A stretch of DNA of 64,000 bases from Eledone cirrhosa (GCA_964016885.1 OZ024742.1:353462001-353526000), one strand, 5' to 3'; positions 1 through 12,864 are shown, counted from the stretch's first letter. Program-made: numbers and translations. Notes: generated from the sequence alone by a model not told the origin.

Positions 1-1552
<1,552 letters not shown>

Positions 1553-1615
1553 ATATATATACATATGCATGTATGCATGCATGTATGTATGTATGTATGT
1601 ATGTATGTATACATA

Positions 1616-2212
1616 GTTGGTGCTACTGGTAGCATGTATTCCAGTACAACCCGTCCCATGGTCGTGTCGTTGGCGACTAAACTGGCAACCCTACCAAGGT
1701 TTTTTGGTGAGGAGGGTGACTTTGGATATACTGCAGGACTAAAAACAAAAGCTGTCAAAGGGCAAAGGTGCTCTTAAGATTCAATGGCCAGTCAAAATTA
1801 CCGGGAGAGATGACCACTTAGCCTTTGTCAAGGCAGAATTCTCGGAGAAGGAAAACTATGATATAACACCAACAACCCTGATGGTATCCAATGATGTTGA
1901 CTTGTTCTTCTTTTTGGTAAATATCATCTTGGTTAAGAGAGTGGGACTGGCTTCGTGCAGGGCCTTTGCTCACTATAAAAGCATCACGGCACAGGCATTG
2001 CTTTATATCTGGAGATGTATCTGCCCTTGTCGTCACATGGTACCATGGGCCCAGCATTATGTGTCAATAATTGTCACAAGTGTAGTGTTTGTACCAGAGT
2101 TTTCAAGTTGCTGGCTAGACTAAAATGTCACACTCGTTCAGCACATCGGCAGGGGTTCTCCTACATGGATATAAAGTGGTGGCCGTACTCGAAAACGAGT
2201 TGACAGCCACCA
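1616..2212 (+). mobile_element. Probable internally deleted RTE-clade LINE remnant
   Basis: C2H2 finger [24 protein letters not shown] (ORF 2015-2203) of the RTE C-terminal type; the upstream ggagaaggaaaact motif resembles RTE 5' regions; flanked by microsatellite. Confidence 0.4.
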
Positions 2213-2217
2213 TATAT

Positions 2218-2342
<125 letters not shown>

Positions 2343-2391
2343 CATATATATATATATTTATATATATATATATATATATATATTTATACAT

Positions 2392-2425
<34 letters not shown>

Positions 2426-2506
2426 ACATATATATATTTATATATATATATACATACATATATATATTTATATATATATATATATACAAACATATATATA
2501 TATTGT

Positions 2507-2569
2507 ATTTTGTCTGATGGAAGCATACCATATTTTAATTTGATATCCTTGAAATATGTATAATGAAAT
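2507..2569 (+). ncRNA. Degenerate hammerhead motif
   Basis: attttgt-CTGATGG-aagcatacca/tgatatcctt-GAAA-tatgta-TA-atgaaat; A9 changed to G and two stem II mismatches. Confidence 0.55.
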
Positions 2570-2988
2570 AAATATGATTTTATAAATATAGTTTCCATTT
2601 ATTAATATCGTATATCTACTTCCAAAACTTGTCGAGTGCTTTATATCAGTAATAAAATATTTACTTGTTGTATCCCAACAATTTTATATAGAACTTTTGC
2701 ATATATTTATATATATATATATATATACATACATATATATATTTATATATATATATATATATATATATACATACACATATATATATATTTATATATATAT
2801 ATACACACATATGTATATTTATATATATATATATACATACATATATATATATATATACATACATATGTATATTTATATATATATATATATATATACATAC
2901 ATATATATATATATACATACATATGTATATTTATATATATATACATACATACATACATAAAGAATCTTGCTAAACAAATTTAGAAACG

Positions 2989-3039
<51 letters not shown>

Positions 3040-3308
3040 CAAATATATATTTATGTATATATACATACATATATATATTTATATATATATATACATATAT
3101 ATATACATGCATATATATATTTATATATATACATATATATATTTATATATATACATATATATTTATATATATATACATATATATATTTATATATATACAT
3201 ATATATATTTATATATATATACATATATATATTTATATATATACATATATATATTTATATATATACATATATATATATATATATTTATATATACATATAT
3301 ATATTTAG

Positions 3309-3340
<32 letters not shown>

Positions 3341-3440
3341 GTTGTGTATATATATATTTATGTATATATATGTGGGGGGGGGGGGCGCTTTGTGCGTGCG
3401 TGTGTTTGTAAATATATATGTGTGTATGTTAGCGTGTGAG

Positions 3441-3575
3441 GCTCATGATTATGTGTTGGATTGCCGGCTCCACGTTCTATTCTTGAGCAAGACACTTTAT
3501 TTCACGTCCAGTTAATGCAGCAGGGATGCTCAAATTATGTCACATACTGTGTCACAACGAATCTCCTTGAGATCT
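3441..3575 (+). mobile_element. Degenerate octopus-type SINE fragment
   Basis: ttgagcaagacactttatttcacgt core, similar to 62700-62810. Confidence 0.4.
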
Positions 3576-3694
3576 ACATTAATGCAACCTATCTCTGAGG
3601 AATGGTCATCCATTTGCACTTTCATACTATGAGCAGGTTTTTCCTTTGAATCATCTATTGGAACACACGCCGTAACCCACCGCATGGTAATATA

Positions 3695-3772
<78 letters not shown>

Positions 3773-4057
3773 CAAATAACGAAACGAAATTAAATTTCGT
3801 TTCGCTTCTAACTCACTTTTGTATGACTGACGCTTAAACAATTAAGTTAAAGTGTACATCTACATATGTATACGGAAGTATTAGTATGCATATAAATACA
3901 CACATGAATACATATGTACATGTACTCAGCTTTTCACTAGACACTTTACAGTGAGTGTCAGCTAGTCTGTATGTAACCACACAGACGGACCGGGTTTTAG
4001 AGTCATACGGGTTTTCAAGGAAACACATTTCCTCTATTTTCCAGAGGGCCAGACAGG

Positions 4058-4102
4058 AATATTGGACTAGTTTCGATGTTATTACATCTCATCAGCAATA
4101 TT
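4058..4102 (-). ncRNA. Type I hammerhead ribozyme (469-bp unit, copy 1)
   Basis: aatattg-CTGATGA-gatgt(aata)acatc-GAAAC-ta-GTC-caatatt: 7-bp stem I, 5-bp stem II, palindromic ACTAGT stem III. Confidence 0.92.
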
Positions 4103-4162
4103 TACCCATCTTCCGGCTTCTCTGGAGAATTGTAAAAGCACATATCGTTATATGCTTTTTCA

Positions 4163-4208
4163 ATGAAAATTAGTAGTGGGTAGACCAATTTGCATAGAAC
4201 GTGAGTCA
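4163..4208 (-). promoter_or_regulatory. Candidate internal promoter module: AP-1 (TGACTCA), 6 nt, octamer (ATGCAAAT), inverted octamer-like site
   Basis: ATGAAAAT 4163-4170, ATTTGCAT 4188-4195, TGAGTCA 4202-4208; same layout in the diverged family at 45248-45294. Confidence 0.45.
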
Positions 4209-4526
4209 TTGTACGCACCGGTTCAGCGGAAACGATAAAAACAAATAAAGAAACGAAATTAAATTTCGTTTCGCTTCTAACTCACTTTCGTATGACTGAC
4301 GTTTAAACAATTAAGTTAAAGTGTACATCTACATATGTATACGGAAGTATTAGTATGCATATAAATACACACATGTATACATATGTACATGTACTCAGCT
4401 TTTCACTAGACACTTTACAGTGAGTGTCAGCTAGTCTGTATGTAACCACACAGACGGACCGGGTTTTAGAGTCATACGGGTTTTCAAGGAAACACATTTC
4501 CTCTATTTTCCAGAGGGCCAGACAGG

Positions 4527-4571
4527 AATATTGGACTAGTTTCGATGTTATTACATCTCATCAGCAATATT
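4527..4571 (-). ncRNA. Type I hammerhead ribozyme (469-bp unit, copy 2)
   Basis: Identical to 4058-4102. Confidence 0.92.
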
Positions 4572-4995
4572 TACCCATCTTCCGGCTTCTCTGGAGAATT
4601 GTAAAAGCACATATCGTTATATGCTTTTTCAATGAAAATTAGTAGTGGGTAGACCAATTTGCATAGAACGTGAGTCATTGTACGCACCGGTTCAGCGGAA
4701 ACGATAAAAACAAATAACGAAACGAAATTAAATTTCGTTTCGCTTCTAACTCACTTTTGTATGACTGACGCTTAAACAATTAAGTTAAAGTGTACATCTA
4801 CATATGTATACGGAAGTATTAGTATGCATATAAATACACACATGTATACATATGTACATGTACTCAGCTTTTCACTAGACACTTTACAGTGAGTGTCAGC
4901 TAGTCTGTATGTAACCACACAGACGGACCGGGTTTTAGAGTCATACGGGTTTTCAAGGAAACACATTTCCTCTATTCTCCAGAGGGCCAGACAGG

Positions 4996-5040
4996 AATAT
5001 TGGACTAGTTTCGATGTTATTACATCTCATCAGCAATATT
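4996..5040 (-). ncRNA. Type I hammerhead ribozyme (469-bp unit, copy 3)
   Basis: Identical to 4058-4102. Confidence 0.92.
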
Positions 5041-5249
5041 TACCCATCTTCCGGCTTCTCTGGAGAATTGTAAAAGCATATATCGTTATATGCTTTTTCT
5101 ATGAAAATTAGTAGTGGGTAGACCAATTTGCATAGAACGTGAGTCATTGTACGCACCGGTTCAGCGGAAACGATAAAAACAAATAACGAAACGAAATTAA
5201 ATTTCGTTTCGCTTTTAACTCACTTTTGTATGACTGACGCTTAAACAAC

Positions 5250-5288
5250 GCTGATGAGATGTAATAACATCGAAACTAGTCCAATATT
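5250..5288 (+). ncRNA. 5'-truncated hammerhead at the inversion junction
   Basis: Starts g-CTGATGA; lacks most of the 5' strand of stem I. Confidence 0.8.
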
Positions 5289-5712
5289 CCTGTCTGGCCC
5301 TCTGGGGAATAGAGGAAATGTGTTTCCTTGAAAACCCGTATGACTCTAAAACCCGGTCCGTCTGTGTGGTTACATACAGACTAGCTGACACTCACTGTAA
5401 AGTGTCTAGTGAAAAGCTGAGTACATGTACATATGTATACATGTGTGTATTTATATGCATACTAATACTTCCGTATACATATGTAGATGCACACTTTAAC
5501 TTAATTGTTTAAGCGTCAGTCATACAAAAGTGATTTAGAAGCGAAACGAAATTTAATTTCGTTTCGTTATTTGTTTTTATCGTTTCCGCTGAACCGGTGC
5601 GTACAATGACTCACGTTCTATGCAAATTGGTCTACCCACTACTAATTTTCATAGAAAAAGCATATAACGATATGTGCTTTTACAATTCTCCAGAGAAGCC
5701 GGAAGATGGGTA

Positions 5713-5757
5713 AATATTGCTGATGAGATGTAATAACATCGAAACTAGTCCAATATT
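5713..5757 (+). ncRNA. Type I hammerhead ribozyme (469-bp unit)
   Basis: aatattgCTGATGAgatgtaataacatcGAAACtaGTCcaatatt. Confidence 0.92.
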
Positions 5758-6182
5758 CCTGTCTGGCCCTCTGGAGAATAGAGGAAATGTGTTTCCTTGA
5801 AAACCCGTATGACTCTAAAACCCGGTCCGTCTGTGTGGTTACATACAGACTAGCTGACACTCACTGTAAAGTGTCTAGTGAAAAGCTGAGTACATGTACA
5901 TATGTATACATGTGTGTATTTATATGCATACTAATACTTCCGTATACATATGTATATGCACACTTTAACTTAATTGTTTAAGCGTCACTCATACAAAAGT
6001 GAGTTAGAAGCGAAACGAAATTTAATTTCGTTTCGTTAATTGTTTTTATCGTTTCCGCTGAACCGGTGCGTACAATGACCTCACGTTCTATGCAAATTGG
6101 TCTACCCACTACTAATTTTCATAGAAAAAGCATATAACGATATGTGCTTTTACAATTCTCCAGAGAAGCCGGAAGATGGGTA

Positions 6183-6227
6183 AATATTGCTGATGAGATG
6201 TAATAACATCGAAACTAGTCCAATATT
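6183..6227 (+). ncRNA. Type I hammerhead ribozyme (469-bp unit)
   Basis: Identical to 5713-5757. Confidence 0.92.
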
Positions 6228-6439
6228 CCTGTCTGGCCCTCTGGAGAATAGAGGAAATGTGTTTCCTTGAAAACCCGTATGACTCTAAAACCCGGTCCGT
6301 CTGTGTGGTTACATACAGACTAGCTGACACTCACTGTAAAGTGTCTAGTGAAAAGCTGAGTACATGTACATATGTATACATGTGTGTATTTATTTGCATA
6401 CTAATACTTCCGTATACATATGTAGATGTACACTTTAAC

Positions 6440-6483
<44 letters not shown>

Positions 6484-6560
6484 TAAAATAACAGATTAAA
6501 GTTTAAGCAAAGAAGCGCTGCAGTCACCCTTAACGGGATCTTCTGAAAAAAAATTATTAT

Positions 6561-6589
<29 letters not shown>

Positions 6590-6591
<2 letters not shown>

Positions 6592-9119
6592 CGGGTTTGA
6601 GGTTCACCACTGTATAGAGCTGGTCTATTCCGTATGGTCAATCGTAATGCAATAATATAGAGAGTACTCAACGTAAAGCCGTTCAACCGTCTTTGTTTTT
6701 GTAGTTGGTGGTGCTATTACGGAGTTAAATATTATAATGAAATGACAGGAGGCTGGATTTGTGTAAATCCTTGAAAGGTTTATTATACTATGATCATTAA
6801 CTAAATCGCTACTCTATACTTCTGGGCATGTATAACTCACAGTGAATTCCCAGACTCGAACACACACTGTTTCCACATCTATATGCATTATCTGACTGCA
6901 ACTTGAACTATATTGTATTTCTCCTGTGTCTTGAACTCTCCATATAATTGACAACGACTCTTGTTTGTTTATTTATATCTTTACATCTTTATTTGCTGTA
7001 TTAATGCTTCTCCGCGTATTCTACCTCTATACATCTATGTACTTTTTACTTCCCTTATTCGGACTTTTACTCGCGTGTACCCTTAGCACACGACACAGGA
7101 TTGTCTCCCCCCCCCCCCCCCGGGAACATAAATACTGCAACCTGAACTATATTGTAATTTTCCTATGTCTTGATTTCTCCATCTTACTCCAACACCACTC
7201 TTGTTGGTTTATTTACATATTTATACCTGTATATTGATATGTTTATATATTTATACATTTGCTTTACCAATGTGCTCTTCCACGTATCCCACTTCTATTT
7301 ATCCTTGTATTTCTACTCCTCACATTGGGACTTGTACCCATTAGCACACGACACTAGAATGTCTCCTCCTGAGACAAAAATAAATATTACACGACTATAT
7401 CCCGTACTCTACATCCCACTAGGATAAAATACAGATCTACATAATACAACTAACGTTTCGTCATAAAAGACTCTCTCATAGAAGTTATTTGAATGTTTAA
7501 TCTTCAATGTTCTGTTTGTTCAATTCTCAATCTTCTTACTCTTTAATTTTATGATGTTATTCTGAATTCTTTCAACTTCATCCGATAAAGTTAAGCAATA
7601 TTTTAAAGTTCCAATTTTCTGTCGCACTGTTGGGTGGGTTTTAATGGCGGCGCGACCAGCACCCTGGCCCACGAGCTTACCTGGAGTGCTTGGAAAAATA
7701 AATTTCCCCTTCTTTCGGTAAATGAAAATACTCGGCGTAGCTTAATTCGCCATGGGGCCCGGGGCGCGGCCGGTGTTTTAACCGCCACATTGTACATTTA
7801 CGTTACAGAACAAATCGGAACTATTAGATATATCAACCTGAAAATGTTAAACTGTTGAACTTTAAATTTTCTAACCTCTTTAATATTGAATATTGATTAT
7901 TAATTTTTTAACTTCATCCTATAAGTCTAAACATTGTAACACACTGACTCACAATATATTCACCTCTGCTAAGATGCGGGTCCCTGTGAACATTTTCTCG
8001 CGCCACTCCTGGCTTGACTGTGGTCTGACATTAATATCGACATCTCTTCCTCTTTCTTTCTATCTTCCTTCTTGTAGCCATCAACCCTTACTTTTCTACT
8101 TCTCTAAGCAATATTTTAAAGTTCAAACATTCTGTCGGACTGTTGGGTGGGTTTTAATGGCGGCGCAACCAGCCCCCTGGCGCACGAGCTTACCTGGAGT
8201 GCTTGGAAAAATAAATTTCCCCTTCTTTCCGTAAATGAAAATACTCGGCGTAGCTTAATTCGCCATGGGGCCTGGAGCGCAGCCGGTGTTTTAACCGCCA
8301 CATAGTACCTTTAAATTACAGAACAAATCGGAACTATTAGATATATCAACCTGAAAGTTTAAACTGTTGAACTTTAAATTTTCTAACCTCTTTAATATTG
8401 AATATTGATTATTACTATTTTTAACTTCATCCTATAAGTCTAAACATTGTAACACACTGACACCCAATATATTCACCTCTGCTAAGATGCGGGTCCCTGT
8501 GAAAATGTTCTCGCGCCACTCCTGGCCTGACTGTGGTCTGACATTAATATCGAGCTTTCTTCCTCTTTCTTTCTATATTCCTTATTGTAGCCACCAAACC
8601 TTACTTATCTACTTCTCTCTTCTCTTCCTTCTCTTCTCCCCTCTTCCTGTCTTCCTCCCGCAGACTTATCCTCCTTCCCCCTTTTGCTTGCCTATATCTG
8701 ACCGGTAGTAGTTGCCTTTCTTCTTATAGCTGACATTAACCCTGGCTTCTCTCCTTCTTTCTTCCCCCTTCTTCTCTCTCCTCCCTTTCTTTCTTTCTTT
8801 TTTTTAACTTGTGGCATGAGATTGACACTAACTTATGTTCCTATCCCTTTCTGTTTTCGTTTATCTGACCGGTAGTAGCAGACTGTAAACTTTAGCCACG
8901 TCACTCGAGGGCGACCGGCTGAGGTTGAAGGAACAGAATAGCGGTCGCCCTCGGGTCCTCGATTTTCAGCCCCATGGATTTTATCTATTACATTCACGTA
9001 TTATATATCGAATACCTGATGATATCACCGGATTCATACGGAACCCGGTCATTGAAATGATCATAGTATAATAAACCTTTCAAGGGTTTACACAAATCCA
9101 GCCTCCTGTCATTTCATTA

Positions 9120-9123
<4 letters not shown>
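6590..9123 (+). mobile_element. Non-coding PLE-type element with an inverted terminal segment and internal direct duplications
   Basis: 6731-6798 is the reverse complement of 9056-9123; duplications ~6860-7110/7125-7365 and ~7590-8100/8103-8615; HHR at 9012; (TA)n flanks. Confidence 0.7.
9012..9069 (+). ncRNA. Type I hammerhead ribozyme
   Basis: atac-CTGATGA-t-atcaccgg...ccggtcat-t-GAAA-tgatca-TA-gtat; palindromic ATGATCAT stem III. Confidence 0.75.
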
Positions 9124-9212
<89 letters not shown>

Positions 9213-9214
<2 letters not shown>

Positions 9215-9412
9215 CGAATGATGTGTGGTAAGGAACCAGGTGGACCATAACGTACCAGAGTACTTGATATTTTGGGTAGTACAGTGGATAATAGGGAAAT
9301 AGTCAGAATCCGGACGGCAGAGCTTAAGCCGTTTCTACTGATATTTCCGTATGAGTCCAGAAATAGCCGTTGAAACGGCTTGAGCTGATTTTGGGGTCCT
9401 GACTCTTTTCCT
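9213..9412 (-). mobile_element. Short fold-back PLE terminus footprint (family D)
   Basis: Internal inverted repeat plus ~75-nt tail; homologous to 23317-23562, 38668-38810 and 54086-54280. Confidence 0.7.
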
Positions 9413-9432
9413 ATATATATATATATATATAT

Positions 9433-10100
9433 ATTAGAATTGGAGCTCTGAAATAGCAATATATATATGGATGTATATATAATGTATTTTGCAATACACT
9501 TCATGCTTAATTAAAATCATATTGAAGACCGTATGCTACTGTTTTAGAGTAGTGACACATTCACTTACTTTAATCTAAGCGAACAGGGGAGATAAGCCGA
9601 CAACGCCGTGTTTCGCTTTTGTTGAAGTTTATCAAGGCTAACTACCTCTCCTGTCTACTGAGATTACTGATGCTATATTCTTATAGAATTCTAGTAAGTA
9701 ATCAGCAACTGATTATACAGAGCGATTGTTGGTCAGGCAGAAATTAAAAATTAGAATTGGAGCTCTGAAATAGCAATATATATATGGATGTATATATAAT
9801 CTGTTTTGCAATACACTTTATGCTTAATTAAAAGCATTTTGAAGACCGTATGCTATTGTTTTAGAGTAGTGACAAATGCACTTCCTTTAATCTCAGCAAA
9901 CAGGGGAGATAAGCCGACAAGGCCTTGTTTCGCTTTTGTTGAAGCTTATCAAGGCTAACTACCTCTCCTGTCTACTGAGATTACTGATGTTATATTATTA
10001 TAGAATTCTAATAAATAATCAGCAACTGATTATACATAGCGATTGTTGGTCAGGCAGAAATTAAAAAATTAGAATTGGAGCTCTGAAATAGCAATATATA
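9433..10100 (-). mobile_element. Tandem array (~2.1 copies) of a 317-bp hammerhead-containing unit
   Basis: Repeat starts at 9434, 9751 and 10069; HHR at 9595-9639 and 9912-9956. Confidence 0.85.
9912..9956 (-). ncRNA. Type I hammerhead with U3-A8 core
   Basis: agcc-TTGATAA-gctt(caacaa)aagc-GAAAC-aaggcctt-GTC-ggct; palindromic ACAAGGCCTTGT. Confidence 0.85.
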
Positions 10101-10101
10101 T

Positions 10102-10260
10102 ATCATCATCGTTTAACGTCCATTTTCCAGGCTAACATGAGTCTGGATGGGAATCGTCCCACTTGAGGCAAGATTGGTTGTCTTGCTCAGGATTGTCTGG
10201 TGGGTTTTCTACAGCTGGATGCCCTTCCTAACACCAACCACATTTACAGTGTGGAGAGTG
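10102..10260 (-). mobile_element. Octopus-type SINE/RTE-related 3' fragment
   Basis: catcatcgtttaacgtcc...ggatgcccttcctaacaccaaccac signature recalled as an abundant octopus repeat. Confidence 0.55.
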
Positions 10261-10316
10261 TCTACTGAGATTACTGATGTTATATTCTTATAGAATTCTT
10301 ATAAATAATCAGGAAC

Positions 10317-10672
10317 TGATTAAGCATAAAGTGTATTGCAAAATACATTATATATACATCCATATATATATTGCTATTTCAGAACACCAATTCTAATTGT
10401 TTATTTCTACCTGACCAACAATCGCTCTGTATAATCAGTTCCTGATTATTTACTAGCATTCTATAAGAATATAACATCAGTAATCTCAGTAGACAGGAGG
10501 GGTAGTTAGCCTTGATAAGCTTCAACAAAAGCGAAACAAGGCTTTGTCGGCTTATCTCCCCTGTTTGCTGAGATTAAAGTAAGGGAATTTGTTACTACTC
10601 TAAAACAATAGCATACGGTCTTCAAAATACTTTTAATTAAGCATAAAGTGTATTGCAAAATACATTATATAT
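10317..10672 (+). mobile_element. Inverted copy of the 317-bp unit
   Basis: Reverse complement of the 9433-10100 unit. Confidence 0.85.
10508..10552 (+). ncRNA. Type I hammerhead with U3-A8 core
   Basis: agccTTGATAAgcttcaacaaaagcGAAACaaggctttGTCggct. Confidence 0.85.
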
Positions 10673-10681
10673 ACACACATA

Positions 10682-10798
<117 letters not shown>

Positions 10799-10828
10799 GA
10801 AAGGTATAGAAATTGTTTTAGCGAGAAG

Positions 10829-10861
<33 letters not shown>

Positions 10862-11065
10862 CATAGTATATGCGTGTGTTTTGTAAATATGCGTATGTAT
10901 ACATGTGTGCATAAACACCTCCCTTTATATGCGCCATTGCCATTGTTTTGATTTAAAAAATATTTGACTGAACGTACTGGTATTTTATTATTTATCTTTG
11001 ATCGTTCGTAATATGTCCTTTCTAACCCTGTTTCTGTATGTTCACACCTGTCATATATATATATA

Positions 11066-11098
<33 letters not shown>

Positions 11099-11437
11099 CT
11101 AATTTGTAGCCACGTAAACATAAATGATTGCAAGTAACGTTAAAAAATGATAAACACCTCTATCGATTAATGATATTTATCTTCTTTGCAATGTTCAGGT
11201 AAATTCCAATTTTCTTATATGTCTACATGCCTATGCATTGTATAGCTGGATAGATTTATACACTTTGGTGCAATCGCTACAGGACAAGAACTGTTTGATT
11301 CGTGAGAAATCATCAGGAATAGTCCTGTAGAAGCTCTTCTATATTAAAAGATTTATACTCTGCTATGTATTGAGTATCTTACTTACTGTGGTCACCTCCG
11401 ATTCAACCCAGAATAACTTATACATATATATATATAT

Positions 11438-11670
11438 ATTATTAGAAGTGTAAGCTATCGCCGTACTTTGACTAAAGAAATTAAAGAAATTGTAAAGGAT
11501 ATGTATTGACGTACATGTACGTCTGTACTAATCTTTTTCCATTTCTCCGAGGGTTCTTAACCCCACTGTCAGACTAAATAATTTCTTTAATTTCTTTATT
11601 CATAATACGGCTATAGCTTCATTTCTAATAATTTCAAATCCAATCGCTGTTTCGAAAATATACTTAATAT
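11438..11670 (+). repeat. Short fold-back (inverted arms ~11438-11490 / 11581-11632) with tail, in (TA)n
   Basis: attagaagtgtaagctat...aagaaattaaagaaat versus atttctttaatttcttt...atagcttcatttctaat. Confidence 0.6.
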
Positions 11671-11680
11671 ATGTATATAC

Positions 11681-11826
11681 ATTGTTATACTTGGGGAGGG
11701 TCATATTGTTATAATAATATTGCTAGAATTAATAACAGAACACACTCACTGTTTGGTTGGTTTTCGCTTCTGTATCTTTTATATCAGTTAATTTATTCGG
11801 TCCTCAAAGTTTACCATTGACTGACC
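11681..11826 (-). mobile_element. 3' terminus of a PLE family A1 relative
   Basis: ttgttatacttggggagggtcatat...cattgactgacc matches 40991-41140. Confidence 0.8.
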
Positions 11827-11832
11827 AAATAT

Positions 11833-11903
11833 ATGTAAGTATGTATACGTACATACATATATGTATACATACGTACAGTAGTATGTATATACATACATAC
11901 ATG

Positions 11904-11974
<71 letters not shown>

Positions 11975-12101
11975 GTATGGGTTTGCCGAAACCTTATTAT
12001 GATGTTCGGTTTGTTCGTAAACAAACAGACCGAATTAAGCCGTACAGTGTTCGGCAACCGTCGTTGCCCTTTTGATCAACACTGACAAAGGAACGATGAA
12101 C

Positions 12102-12107
<6 letters not shown>
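11833..12107 (-). mobile_element. Partial copy of the ~467-bp retrozyme-like family
   Basis: Collinear with 44841-45171; ends inside the HHR (gaacgatgaactagttt). Confidence 0.75.
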
Positions 12108-12155
<48 letters not shown>

Positions 12156-12168
12156 AAACGATGAACTG

Positions 12169-12239
<71 letters not shown>

Positions 12240-12864
12240 CAACAGTTGATCGAAATGATCCCATACTGCATTCGCTTAACGCTGGAGCTCGCGGAATTGG
12301 ACCAATTGCTAATGCTATCTATCGGTCACAGATCCAGGAAGAAGGAACAACGGGAAAGTGTCTTGCTCAAAGACATAACGCTACGTCCCGTCCGGCAATT
12401 GAAATTACCACTATACGATTGCGCTCCAATTTTCTAACCCCTCAGTCAAGCGTTTTATATATAGCGTATGTTTTAGTAATGTCGTTTTTATTGGATCAAA
12501 CTTTCTCGGCAATTACATGTTTATTTTTCGTCGTTTCCTAACCTTCCAATTAGAAAACTGTTTCACGTCCGAAATGTGTATTTGGTTATTCGAAACATTT
12601 CTTTCTCATTCATCCAGTTTTCTCCTTAATTTATTGCATTCTATTCACTGCTTATATATCTTTGATACATAGCCTGCATGTTTAACTGTGACCAAACAAC
12701 GCTTTCTTGGCCTCGATCCTTTTTATCTTTAGGTTCTCTCCCATTATATCAGATTTCTTCACATATTTTCATATTTTCTTCTCTCTACTCGTTCCTGATG
12801 TATAAGCATGATGTAATAAGCTGCGTTCTTGTCCCCTGTAGATAATACAATATCATTATTATTT

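Larger units (their letters stand above)
3766..5248 (-). mobile_element. Tandem array (~3.2 copies) of a 469-bp non-coding hammerhead-containing unit (retrozyme-like)
   Basis: Near-identical copies with period 469 (ORF offsets 3834/4303/4772); one HHR per unit. Confidence 0.92.
5250..6445 (+). mobile_element. Inverted continuation (~2.5 copies) of the 469-bp retrozyme-like array
   Basis: Reverse complement of 3766-5248; periods 469 and 470; ends in (TA)n. Confidence 0.92.

Noticed and set aside
3766-6445. CRISPR-like or rDNA/snRNA tandem array
   Set aside because: No unique spacers, eukaryotic context, and no 5S/U-snRNA sequence recognised
3834-6499. Repeated 64-aa and 72-aa ORFs in the 469-bp unit
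   Set aside because: Identity only reflects recent DNA duplication; they overlap on opposite strands and have no recognisable domain. A coding role is not excluded but is unsupported
7447-7490. Hammerhead-like gtc..gac-GAAAC-GTTA on the minus strand
   Set aside because: The core reads ctatgagaga, which fits neither CTGANGA nor TTGANAA
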